In this document: in pieces, positions 1-8,312 of the stretch
How the letters are laid out: each line of letters starts with the position of its first letter
Position numbering within the stretch: the stretch's first letter is position 1
From: Promethearchaeota archaeon
Lineage (GTDB): Archaea; Asgardarchaeota; Hermodarchaeia; Hermodarchaeales; Hermodarchaeaceae
DNA length: 64,000 bases
NCBI GenBank assembly: GCA_048939625.1
Contig: JBHLPH010000002.1
Span: 64,001 to 128,000, forward strand
Reading direction: 5' to 3'
The notes under the pieces: generated by a model
What the model saw: only the letters and a program-made list of their open reading frames with translations
Database searches by the model: none
What the model was told of the DNA's origin: nothing
Made by a program: the position numbers and the translations under genes

Positions 1-36
1 GAATCCGAGGAACCCAAGAAAGCCCAAATAATACAT
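1..36 (-). CDS. 5' end of a small hydrophobic protein running off the window (MYYLGFLGFLGF...)
   Basis: Read manually: ATG at 36-34 followed by a GFL-repeat hydrophobic stretch. Only 12 codons are visible. Confidence 0.35.
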   Translation of the reverse strand, partial: MYYLGFLGFLGF

Positions 37-182
37 TCTCACTTCTAGCAACCCCGTTTGATGTTAGAAATAATTAACGTTAGAAATATTTAACATTTAT
101 TGTTTGGCATCAAGAAGCCCCTTCTGTACGGATCGAACCATTCTCTCATACCCTGATGGAAAGTAGATAGTGCGTCCTTTGC

Positions 183-234
183 CGTGGTTCCAGCAGAAGA
201 GCCGAGAAGAACCGGGAACAGGTGAAAGTCTGGC
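183..234. repeat. Copy 1 of an approximately 50-bp imperfect direct repeat (CGTGGTTCCAGCAGAAGAGCC...GTGAA...TGGCG)
   Basis: 183-203 matches 841-861 at 20/21 nt, with gapped similarity continuing for about 30 nt. Confidence 0.75.
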
Positions 235-324
235 GCTGATGATTGACTAGACTGCTGTAGTCGTGGTGTTTACTCCGGGTTGCTAGAGGAGAGTGGGTCT
301 TTCAGGACAGTTGTTGTGGAACTG

Positions 325-735
325 TTAGGCGAATTCCATTTCGAGGCGTTTGATGGCGTTTTGGAGGACCTCGATGGCTTCAGTATTTTTGGTTTGGATC
401 ATGAGGAGTACGCCTTTTTCGAATTCGGCGAGGGATTTGGTGAAGTCGCGCCAGTATGGGTTTTGTTTCATGGAGAGGGCGATGTCGATAGGCATTTGGT
501 AGCGGCGGTGGAGCCAGCCGATGACGGAGGCGAGGGGAATGTAGATGACGAGGAATACGAGGAGAAAGTAGAGGATGTTGGGGAAGAGGATTTGCATCCC
601 AGGAATATTGACGAGGACGAGTGTGTACATGAGGATGCTGAAATTCATGAAAGCGAGGAAATAGACGAGGTAGGTTCCGTGTCCCGTGCGAAAGTCAGTC
701 CAACGACGTTGGAAAAAACCTTTTTTCGTGGTCAT
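325..735 (-). CDS. Hypothetical membrane protein, 2 predicted TM helices
   Basis: 136-aa ATG ORF with two hydrophobic segments, flanked by the direct repeats. Confidence 0.75.
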   Translation of the reverse strand: MTTKKGFFQRRWTDFRTGHGTYLVYFLAFMNFSILMYTLVLVNIPGMQILFPNILYFLLVFLVIYIPLASVIGWLHRRYQMPIDIALSMKQNPYWRDFTKSLAEFEKGVLLMIQTKNTEAIEVLQNAIKRLEMEFA

Positions 736-840
736 AGTTGATGCATCTCGAAATTACTTTACTAGATTCTGCTTTTATTTCATTGCGGTATGGGATTATC
801 CGGGGATATTAAGGGTAATCAATTGAAGAGAAGCCATGGG

Positions 841-891
841 CGTGGTTCTAGCAGAAGAGCCCTAAAGAGCGGACCACGTGAAGGCGTGGCG
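841..891. repeat. Copy 2 of the imperfect direct repeat (CGTGGTTCTAGCAGAAGAGCC...)
   Basis: See copy 1. Shorter degenerate cores at 973-987 (TTTGCCGTGTTCTAG), 1038-1049 (GTGTTCTAGCAG) and 43-50 (TTCTAGCA). Confidence 0.75.
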
Positions 892-1068
892 TCGTTAGTG
901 TGTTTTTCGTTCTTTGTATTAGAGCCCGCATGAGGTCGTAGTACGCGATAGTTGTAGATTTTGTCAGGGTGATTTGCCGTGTTCTAGATGAATTAGAATG
1001 CGGTAGAAAAGGCTTGTAAGGAAGTAAAGAGGGAGTTGTGTTCTAGCAGTTACAATCAAAACAGCGGG

Positions 1069-1542
1069 TCATGTTTTTAATAGCGTTGCGATTCGTTTTC
1101 CGAAATCTTTGCACTTGGGGAATTCGCCTTCTGTGACCGGTCCTTTCATGCCGTCAACTTGTATTGACAGGCCAGGTGTTATGAGCTTCAATTGAGGAGC
1201 CTTTTCGCGTATTCGCGTCTCTAGTTTCTTCACGGATTTTTCGAAGTCTTCTCCCAGATAGGTGTCGAACACCGCGGCCCATTTCGCTTTCAAGTCGAGT
1301 TTGCCAAGTTTATCAATGAACTTATTTATACCCCTAACTGGTCCTCCAAAATGCGTGGGTGACCCGATCAATATTGCGTCATAATCAGCTGCCTTTTTAG
1401 CATCGGTATCCTTGATATCACTGATAGCAGTTTCTATTTCCTTGACTTCATTGAGTCCCTCCACAATCTTTTCGGCTACAAGCTTTGTGTTTCCGTACTT
1501 TGTATCATAAACTACAAGCACCTTTACCATTTTGTTCACCAT
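1069..1542 (-). CDS. Flavodoxin-like protein
   Basis: FMN phosphate loop YDTKYGNTKLVAE, plus IGSPTH and AAVFDT. Confidence 0.9.
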   Translation of the reverse strand: MVNKMVKVLVVYDTKYGNTKLVAEKIVEGLNEVKEIETAISDIKDTDAKKAADYDAILIGSPTHFGGPVRGINKFIDKLGKLDLKAKWAAVFDTYLGEDFEKSVKKLETRIREKAPQLKLITPGLSIQVDGMKGPVTEGEFPKCKDFGKRIATLLKT

Positions 1543-1668
1543 TCATTACGCTTCTTTTCTGAGTTTTTATGACTTGTGGGAGTCAGCGTGCATGTTCTGA
1601 AGTACTCTGCAGTGCTAGTGATTGCGAAAAGCAATTAGTGATTAGCTGCAAGTAATTTACTGATTGAA

Positions 1669-2070
1669 ATGAACAAAGCTCGAGAAATGACCGAAGAAAA
1701 ATGGAAGAAGAAGTTGTCAAAGGACGAGTATCAAGTATTGCGGCAGAAGGGCACTGAGCGCCCTTTCACCGGGAAATATTGGAAGCATAAGGAGAAAGGG
1801 ACATACAAGTGTGCGGGGTGTGGTTTGGAGTTGTTCTCCTCAGAGGCGAAGTTTGAGTCGGGGAGTGGGTGGCCAAGTTTCTATGAGGCCCTGGATAAGG
1901 ACAAGATTGAGGAAAAAGTGGATCTGTCGCATGGGATGCGCCGAATCGAGGTTCTGTGCAAGAACTGTGGGGGGCATCTGGGTCATGTGTTCGATGATGG
2001 ACCAAGAGATAAGACCGGGTGCCGATACTGTATCAATTCCGTTGCACTCCAGTTTGAAAAGGATGAGTAG
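1669..2070 (+). CDS. msrB: Peptide-methionine (R)-S-oxide reductase
   Basis: GTERPFTG, two Zn CxxC motifs, GWPSF, HLGHVF and RYCINS (catalytic Cys). Confidence 0.97.
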   Translation: MNKAREMTEEKWKKKLSKDEYQVLRQKGTERPFTGKYWKHKEKGTYKCAGCGLELFSSEAKFESGSGWPSFYEALDKDKIEEKVDLSHGMRRIEVLCKNCGGHLGHVFDDGPRDKTGCRYCINSVALQFEKDE

Positions 2071-2079
2071 TGCAGTGGC

Positions 2080-2331
2080 TTAGGCGATGGCTTTGTTTTT
2101 CAATTCGTGAGTCCGTAGAATAGCGCCCATGACGAGGAGAATTATCCCGCTTAGGATGAATGCAAGGCTGATCCATGGAGCAAGTGGATGGCAGGGACCA
2201 CAGAAATAGAATAGCGATGATCCGAGGACTGTGCCGATGCCAAGACAGACTACGCCAATGATGATTAAACCAGTTCCAAAGGGGACTTCAGGTTTGACTT
2301 CCTTTTCTACGTGTGCGTTTGGTTCCGTCAT
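2080..2331 (-). CDS. Small 2-TM protein with CGPCH in the inter-helix loop
   Basis: 83-aa ATG ORF with a G-rich SD-like element upstream and two hydrophobic helices. Confidence 0.65.
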   Translation of the reverse strand: MTEPNAHVEKEVKPEVPFGTGLIIIGVVCLGIGTVLGSSLFYFCGPCHPLAPWISLAFILSGIILLVMGAILRTHELKNKAIA

Positions 2332-2472
2332 AGTATGATTCCCCTACCCATTGTACTTACTTTGCAGCGTCTTTTTTGAATTTTCCTGTTGAGAAAGGAA
2401 TTTGAGGGAAAACTTTGTGGTAGTAGAAGGCTTTTTTAGCAGAAGCGAATCATAAAGGAGACCCACTGGAGA

Positions 2473-3636
2473 GTGCGTCATGTGCAGGTACTGTTACCTC
2501 CTCCGTTGAACGCGATTGTCACGTTATTGATGATTATTATCTTTCCTGGGTTCCTATTCCTGACAGGCTATGCCTTCTATATGGAATGGGTAGACCGCAA
2601 ATTCTATGCCGACCAACACCACCGCATTGGCCCACTATACACGGGCTGGCGGGGAATCCTCCAACCCTTCGCCGACTTTGTCAAACTCATGGCGAAAGAA
2701 GATGTGACTCCTGCAGCCGTTGATAAGATTGGGTTTACTCTGACCCCTATCCTGGCGCTAGCTATTCCCATCACAGTGCTCATGTTGGTGCCGATTGGCA
2801 TTTCCCAGACTCCCTTCTTCGTGGTGACCGGTATCATGTACTTTGAAGGCGATCTACTCATGATTGGCTTCTTTAGTACCATGTTTACGTTGATGCTATT
2901 TATTGCTGGGTGGTCCTCATCGAACCGGTTTGGGTTTACAGGAGCTGTTCGGGGTATCGTACAGATGCTTGCATATGAAATTCCCCTTCTCCTAGCCCTC
3001 TTCGCTGCCGGTATGGTGGCTGGTAGCCTTAGCCTCACCGGCGTTGTCATCTACCAAGCCAACCTAGGCCTACCCCTCATCGTGAATCCGGCATTCATCG
3101 GACTCTTCATCGTCTTTCTGATTGCCGCGCAAGCAGAAGCCGAACGCATTCCCTTTGATGCCCCTATTGCGGAAACTGAAATCGTCGGGGGCTGGGAAAC
3201 CGAATTCTCTGGCAAGAAACTCGCCTTCTTCCGCCTCTCCAACAACTTCGAAGTGTTACTTGCCTCAGCACTCGGTGCTGCAGTCTTCCTCGGCGGCCCC
3301 CTCGGTCCCGAAGTCCTTATGGTGTTCCTTGCCAATGGTGGCTTCGTTCACAACATCACAATCAACTCTGGACAATACATGACCTGGGTCACCGCAAACA
3401 TGCCCTATCTCCTCATCCCAGGCATCGCCGCCATATACTATACCTTCTGGTTCATTGTCAAAACCACTATCATCGTTCTCATCTTGTCCAACATGAAGGC
3501 CCTTATGTCCCGTTGGCGCATCGACCAAATCGCTCACGATAGTTGGAAATGGGTCATCCCTATAAGCCTCCTCATGGTAGGTATCCTGTTAGCTTGGCCC
3601 TTAATCATGGACTTTATTATCGCCCTGCCCCCCTAG
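2473..3636 (+). CDS. NuoH/HycD/MbhM-family membrane subunit (complex I subunit 1 family, energy-converting hydrogenase type)
   Basis: RIGP..GILQPFADFVKL.KE, QMLAYEIP, RIPFD...AETEIVGG.ETEFSG and R.RIDQ. Start could be GTG 2473 or 2482. Confidence 0.92.
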   Translation: MRHVQVLLPPPLNAIVTLLMIIIFPGFLFLTGYAFYMEWVDRKFYADQHHRIGPLYTGWRGILQPFADFVKLMAKEDVTPAAVDKIGFTLTPILALAIPITVLMLVPIGISQTPFFVVTGIMYFEGDLLMIGFFSTMFTLMLFIAGWSSSNRFGFTGAVRGIVQMLAYEIPLLLALFAAGMVAGSLSLTGVVIYQANLGLPLIVNPAFIGLFIVFLIAAQAEAERIPFDAPIAETEIVGGWETEFSGKKLAFFRLSNNFEVLLASALGAAVFLGGPLGPEVLMVFLANGGFVHNITINSGQYMTWVTANMPYLLIPGIAAIYYTFWFIVKTTIIVLILSNMKALMSRWRIDQIAHDSWKWVIPISLLMVGILLAWPLIMDFIIALPP

Positions 3637-3653
3637 GAGTGTGAAAAGAAAAC

Positions 3654-4049
3654 ATGCCACGACCTGGAGCAATGGAAGGCGAAATCCTCGGTACCGTCCT
3701 CCGACGGAAAACCGCCACGATTCGTTACCCCTTCCAAGAAGCTGTCCGCCCCGAACGCCTTCGCGGCAGCATCGAATACGATATCGAAAAATGCACTGGC
3801 TGCGGTCTCTGTAGTCGCGACTGCCCTGCCACCGCCATCGAAATGGTTCCCTCAACCAAAACTAAAACCCAAAAGAAGCCCCAATTCCGCTTCGACCGCT
3901 GCATATGGTGTGGAACCTGCGAAGCTGTGTGCCCAAAGAAAGCGATTACGTTGACAACGAAGTTTGAATTGGCAGCGTTTTCGTTGAAGGATGAGCATTT
4001 GTTCGTTGTGTCAGAGGATCCGGAGCCCACAGAGAAAGTAGAAGAGTAG
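3654..4049 (+). CDS. NuoI-like 2x[4Fe-4S] ferredoxin subunit
   Basis: T.RYPF...RG and two CxxCxxCxxxCP motifs. Confidence 0.92.
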   Translation: MPRPGAMEGEILGTVLRRKTATIRYPFQEAVRPERLRGSIEYDIEKCTGCGLCSRDCPATAIEMVPSTKTKTQKKPQFRFDRCIWCGTCEAVCPKKAITLTTKFELAAFSLKDEHLFVVSEDPEPTEKVEE

Positions 4050-4144
4050 AGTGTGTACAAATTTGGGCTAATCGTTTCTTCAAGTGGAGAGTAGGGTCTT
4101 TTGTAGTCAGAAACAGTTAAAATTTTTAACCGTAGTTTTGTTTA

Positions 4145-4786
4145 TTGTTCTTGAACGTGGGGGTAGCAGTGGTTAGTTTTGTACTTCAAACTAATCCTTG
4201 GATAAATTGGTTAAACGGAATAGCACATTTGAGTGTGGTAATTCTAATTCTAATCGTGTCAATTGGTTTGCCACTTCTGTGTGGGCTGATTTGGTATGCG
4301 GTTCAGGAAGAACGCAGGCGGAGTTGGTTGAGAAGCAAGGGAGAGGTTCTGCCTGATTTGGTAAGTGAAGATAGTGTGCGGAATTTTTCTGATTCCTGCA
4401 TTGAAAGGATTGACCTGAGGGATTTTGTTATAAAAGGCCCAGGATTGTATCGGATGCGGGTGCATTTGCGGATGGACAGTGGAATTTCGTTTGAGTTAAC
4501 AGGTAAGAAGAGCGCTGCAGGAAAGGTGTATGAGCCGGGTGAAGGAGAAACTGGGATTGAGATAGTGGATCGTCATTTTTGGACTGAGAGCCCTGATTTA
4601 AAATCTGCGATTCGCGTGTTGGACACTCCGAAGGTTAAGAAGGTTTTGGCGAAGTTGAAAAAAGTATATTCTGTACATGTCATGGGGGATGAGATTGAGA
4701 TTGTGTGCGAAGCCAAAATCGAGTTGCTTGAGCCAATTTATGATTTCGTTACTGCATTAGCTCAGGAATTATTGGACAAGAGATGA
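4145..4786 (+). CDS. Hypothetical membrane-anchored protein
   Basis: 213-aa ORF with an N-terminal TM segment followed by RRR. Start uncertain. Confidence 0.65.
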   Translation: MFLNVGVAVVSFVLQTNPWINWLNGIAHLSVVILILIVSIGLPLLCGLIWYAVQEERRRSWLRSKGEVLPDLVSEDSVRNFSDSCIERIDLRDFVIKGPGLYRMRVHLRMDSGISFELTGKKSAAGKVYEPGEGETGIEIVDRHFWTESPDLKSAIRVLDTPKVKKVLAKLKKVYSVHVMGDEIEIVCEAKIELLEPIYDFVTALAQELLDKR

Positions 4787-4793
4787 GTTGATA

Positions 4794-5672
4794 TTAGTGT
4801 TGTCCTTTTAATCGTTCTAACAGTCGCTCCACGATGTGTTGGAAGGCTTGAGCGACGGGTGTTTTGGCTTCGGCGACGATGAAGGGGGTGCCTTCATCCG
4901 AGAGGGTCATGACCCGTGGATCAAAGGGGAGATCGCCTAAGAAAAATATACTGAGGTCTTTAGCTGCATTCTTACCACCGCCTTTGCCAAATAGGTTGGT
5001 GACTTTATTACAGTGAGGGCAGTGAAAACCAGACATGTTTTCGATGAGGCCAAGGATTGGGATGTTCATGGTGCGGGACATGATAGCGGCTTTACGGGAA
5101 TCGAGTAAGGCGACTTCTTGCGGGGTGGTGACAATGATGACGCCGTCGAGGTCGGGGAGGAGTTGCATGATGCTGAGGGTTTCGTCGCCAGTGCCTGGTG
5201 GGAGGTCGATGATGAGGTAGTCGAGACTTCCCCAGTTAACTTTGGAGAGGAATTCGCTGATCACGCGCATTTTGAGGGGCCCGCGCCAGATGATAGGGGT
5301 ATCAGCGGATTGGAGGAGGAATTCCATGGAGACAGTGAGGATGTTGAGGGGACCGAGGACAGGTTCGAGTCCGGTGTCGCCACCGATCATGCGAGTGCCT
5401 TCGAGGCCGAGCATTTTAGGGACGTTGGGTCCAGTTATGTCGGCGTCAAGGATGCCGACGACGTTACCTTTCCAAGCGAGGGCAGTGGCGAGGTTGACTG
5501 CAACAGTAGTTTTGCCAACGCCGCCTTTACCAGAGAGGATGACGATTTTGTGTTTGACGTGTCGCATCTTTTCAGCGATTTCTTGTTCTGCGCTCGTTTG
5601 GGCGCCAACCATAAGATCTTTGGGAATTTTACCCGAGGATTTTGTTGTGTCTTTCGACATAGAAGTGATCAC
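4794..5672 (-). CDS. mrp: Mrp/NBP35 (ApbC) Fe-S cluster carrier ATPase
   Basis: SGKGGVGKTT, DADITGP, WRGP, DLPPGTGDE and ENMS..CPHC. Confidence 0.96.
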   Translation of the reverse strand: MITSMSKDTTKSSGKIPKDLMVGAQTSAEQEIAEKMRHVKHKIVILSGKGGVGKTTVAVNLATALAWKGNVVGILDADITGPNVPKMLGLEGTRMIGGDTGLEPVLGPLNILTVSMEFLLQSADTPIIWRGPLKMRVISEFLSKVNWGSLDYLIIDLPPGTGDETLSIMQLLPDLDGVIIVTTPQEVALLDSRKAAIMSRTMNIPILGLIENMSGFHCPHCNKVTNLFGKGGGKNAAKDLSIFFLGDLPFDPRVMTLSDEGTPFIVAEAKTPVAQAFQHIVERLLERLKGQH

Positions 5673-5803
5673 GACCAGAGACTAGTCGGTGGTTGGTGCT
5701 TTATGGGGAATACCTTTAATGTTACGCATCGGCAAAACATCAAAAATCCTCAGATCGATGGGTTTAGCAAGTATTGAATGTTGATACGTGTTAGGTGGAT
5801 TGT

Positions 5804-6502
5804 ATGGTAAAAGTGATAGCACATCGTGGGATGGGAGAAGGCTTACTTGAAAACACCCTCACAGCCTTTCAGACCGCAATATCGTGGGGAGTGGATTGCA
5901 TTGAGTGTGATGTTCGGAGTTCTCGTGATGAGGTTGCAGTCATTATTCATGATTTGTCATTGGAGCGGCTATCCAATGAACCTAGAAAAGTGGCAGAATA
6001 TTCATTGAGTGAACTGAAAGCAATAACGATTCACAATGGTGATCGAATTCCTTCTTTGGTCGAATTCTTGGAGTTAGTGAAACCGTACAGCAATCTAGAA
6101 ATCAATCTTGATGTCAAGGTCGTGGGTCTGGAAGCCCAGATAATGCAGCAGATCAGTGAATACGATTTAGTTTGTCGAACGATGATCTCGTCGTTTATTC
6201 AACCAGTTTTGAGAGAGTTTCGTAACCTCAATGATGAGATTGCAACAGCTCTATTATATGAGTACGATTTGCGAAACCCCACAAAGGTGGCTAAGGAGCT
6301 TGGATGTACTGCAATTAACCCACAGTTGCATTTTACTGATTCATCTCTTGTGCAAACTAGCCATCAAGAAGGATTGGAGATTAATCCGTGGGTAATTAAC
6401 GAGCCAGAGGAGATGCAGCTATTCATTGGCATGGAAGTAGATGGGATTATTACGGATTTTCCAACTCGTCTATTAAAGATACTCAATCGTGGAGGTGCAT
6501 GA
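5804..6502 (+). CDS. Glycerophosphodiester phosphodiesterase family protein
   Basis: IAHRG, ENTL.AF, ECDV, IHD..L.R and GIITDFP. ATG 5804 preferred over GTG 5795. Confidence 0.93.
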   Translation: MVKVIAHRGMGEGLLENTLTAFQTAISWGVDCIECDVRSSRDEVAVIIHDLSLERLSNEPRKVAEYSLSELKAITIHNGDRIPSLVEFLELVKPYSNLEINLDVKVVGLEAQIMQQISEYDLVCRTMISSFIQPVLREFRNLNDEIATALLYEYDLRNPTKVAKELGCTAINPQLHFTDSSLVQTSHQEGLEINPWVINEPEEMQLFIGMEVDGIITDFPTRLLKILNRGGA

Positions 6503-6505
6503 GAG

Positions 6506-7567
6506 TTGCGTGATTTGCTGCGTGAATTAGTATTTGCTGATGCACCACCAGGCCATGAAAATGAAGTTCGTGACATTGTCATTCGGGAATTAGAACCACT
6601 TGTTGACGAACTGCAAGTCGATACATTAGGAAACGTGATTGCTACCAAAGAAGCAAAGGAAGAAACGACATTCATGTTAATCGCCCATCAAGACGAGGAT
6701 TGGGCACTGTTACTGACCCATATTAGCAACGAGGGATACTTACGGTTCAATCGGTTGGTTGGTCACCGATGGAATATTCTTGGGCAAAGGGTAACCATTC
6801 ACGGAACACAGAGGAAAATTCCTGGTATTGTGGGATTGAGTGCACCTCACACTATTCCGCTGAATGAGTATCAGCGAGGTTATCAGCCAAGATTTGATAA
6901 AATGTTCATAGATTGTGGGGCTCAAACTGCGGAAGAAGCACGAGCGATGGGATTAGAAATTGGTCAATATGTTACTGCTAAAAAAGATCTTGTTGAACTG
7001 AGCAATAATCGTCTGCTAGGCAACTGCTTTGATGACCGCGTGGGGCTTGTGGCAATGATTGAAACTTTTCGTCGAATCCGAAATCAGAAGCTGCCAATGA
7101 AGGTGGTGGGCGTGGCTTCAGTGCAAGAGGAGTTGGGGACTCGAGGTGCGGGGCCTGCATCATTTAGTGTAGAACCAGAATTCGCTGTAGCCCTTGATGT
7201 ATCACCAACTGGTGATCATCCCAACATCAAATCTGACCTCATACCTGTTAAACTTGGACATGGACCTGTGTTGTTAAAAGCCGATCAGTTTCATGTCACG
7301 TCAGATTTGATGAACAACTGGATTGTTAAAATCGCTGAGAAAAAGCAAATACCATTACAGGAAGCTGCATTGCGTGCTCCAATTCGCTTTGGAACCGATG
7401 CGGCTGCCGTTGAAATTACAAAATCAGGAAGCAGGGCAACATCGTTGCTTGTTCCTGCTCGCTACTTCCATACTGCAAATGGGGTAATTCAGTTTTCAGA
7501 TGTCGAATACACTGTTCACTTATTGATAGAATTAATCAAAGCCCTTAATCAACTGGGGAGTTGTTAA
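6506..7567 (+). CDS. M42 family (TET/FrvX) aminopeptidase
   Basis: PGHE, AHQDE, FDDR.G, QEELG.RGA, ALDV, GTDA and RYFHT. Confidence 0.93.
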   Translation: MRDLLRELVFADAPPGHENEVRDIVIRELEPLVDELQVDTLGNVIATKEAKEETTFMLIAHQDEDWALLLTHISNEGYLRFNRLVGHRWNILGQRVTIHGTQRKIPGIVGLSAPHTIPLNEYQRGYQPRFDKMFIDCGAQTAEEARAMGLEIGQYVTAKKDLVELSNNRLLGNCFDDRVGLVAMIETFRRIRNQKLPMKVVGVASVQEELGTRGAGPASFSVEPEFAVALDVSPTGDHPNIKSDLIPVKLGHGPVLLKADQFHVTSDLMNNWIVKIAEKKQIPLQEAALRAPIRFGTDAAAVEITKSGSRATSLLVPARYFHTANGVIQFSDVEYTVHLLIELIKALNQLGSC

Positions 7568-7599
7568 TTTGTGTGAAATCCGCGAGACGGCATATTGTT

Positions 7600-8151
7600 C
7601 TACTCAATGAGACCGAGGTCGCGCATATGGTCGGCGAGGAGATAGATGGCTTTTCGGGTGATGGTTTCTTTGTTTGTACCAGCGCAAACAATACGTCCGC
7701 TGCTGAAGATAAGGAAGACGGCTTTTGGCGTTTTCATCCGGTAAATGAGACCAGGGAAGACTTCGGGTTCGTACAAACAGCGTTCTAAGGCCATCTGAGC
7801 CATATCGAGGTCTACACGACTATGGAGATCGCCCGAGGCGACGATGTTTTGGATGGTGATTTTGGGAACGCCAGAAACAGTGATGCCGGCTTTCCGGATT
7901 TTGGCGATTACGTTTTCGACGGCCTTCTCTGCTTCACTTTCGCGGCGTAACCCGGTGATGACCATTCGTCCACTGTTGAAGACGAGGATGGTGGCTTTGG
8001 GGTTTTTCACGCGGAGCATTAATCCTGGGAATTGTTCAGGATTATATTCGGCATCTCGTTGTTTGCGGGCAAGAAGATTGAGATCAATTTTGGCGTCGAC
8101 TTCGACGCTGGCAACGACATTTTCAATTTTATATTTTGGTCTCTTTGGCAA
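7600..8151 (-). CDS. tbp: TATA-box-binding protein
   Basis: Two TBP repeats: IENVVAS..EYNPEQFPGL..SGRMVITG and IQNIVAS..YEPEVFPGLIYR..FSSGRIVCAG. Confidence 0.97.
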   Translation of the reverse strand: MPKRPKYKIENVVASVEVDAKIDLNLLARKQRDAEYNPEQFPGLMLRVKNPKATILVFNSGRMVITGLRRESEAEKAVENVIAKIRKAGITVSGVPKITIQNIVASGDLHSRVDLDMAQMALERCLYEPEVFPGLIYRMKTPKAVFLIFSSGRIVCAGTNKETITRKAIYLLADHMRDLGLIE

Positions 8152-8312
8152 AAGAGGGACCTCCCAGTCCGTTGGAGTGTGCTTTATAACCTTTTTAAGG
8201 ACGGTTATAGAGTGGTTGATGCCCTTATAAACTTTTTATAGGTTTCCGAAAGTCCTTTAGAGAGGATAAAGAAGAAGGTTCCGGCTCGCATGGAGCCGGA
8301 TTGGTTGGCTTT

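Noticed and set aside
280-741. 153-aa acidic ORF on the + strand, and the many other short ORFs antisense to or nested in clear genes
   Set aside because: Shadow frames of well-supported genes, with no recognisable motifs.
183-891. CRISPR array or IS ends
   Set aside because: Only two long degenerate direct copies about 660 bp apart; no regular spacers, cas genes, transposase or terminal inverted repeats.
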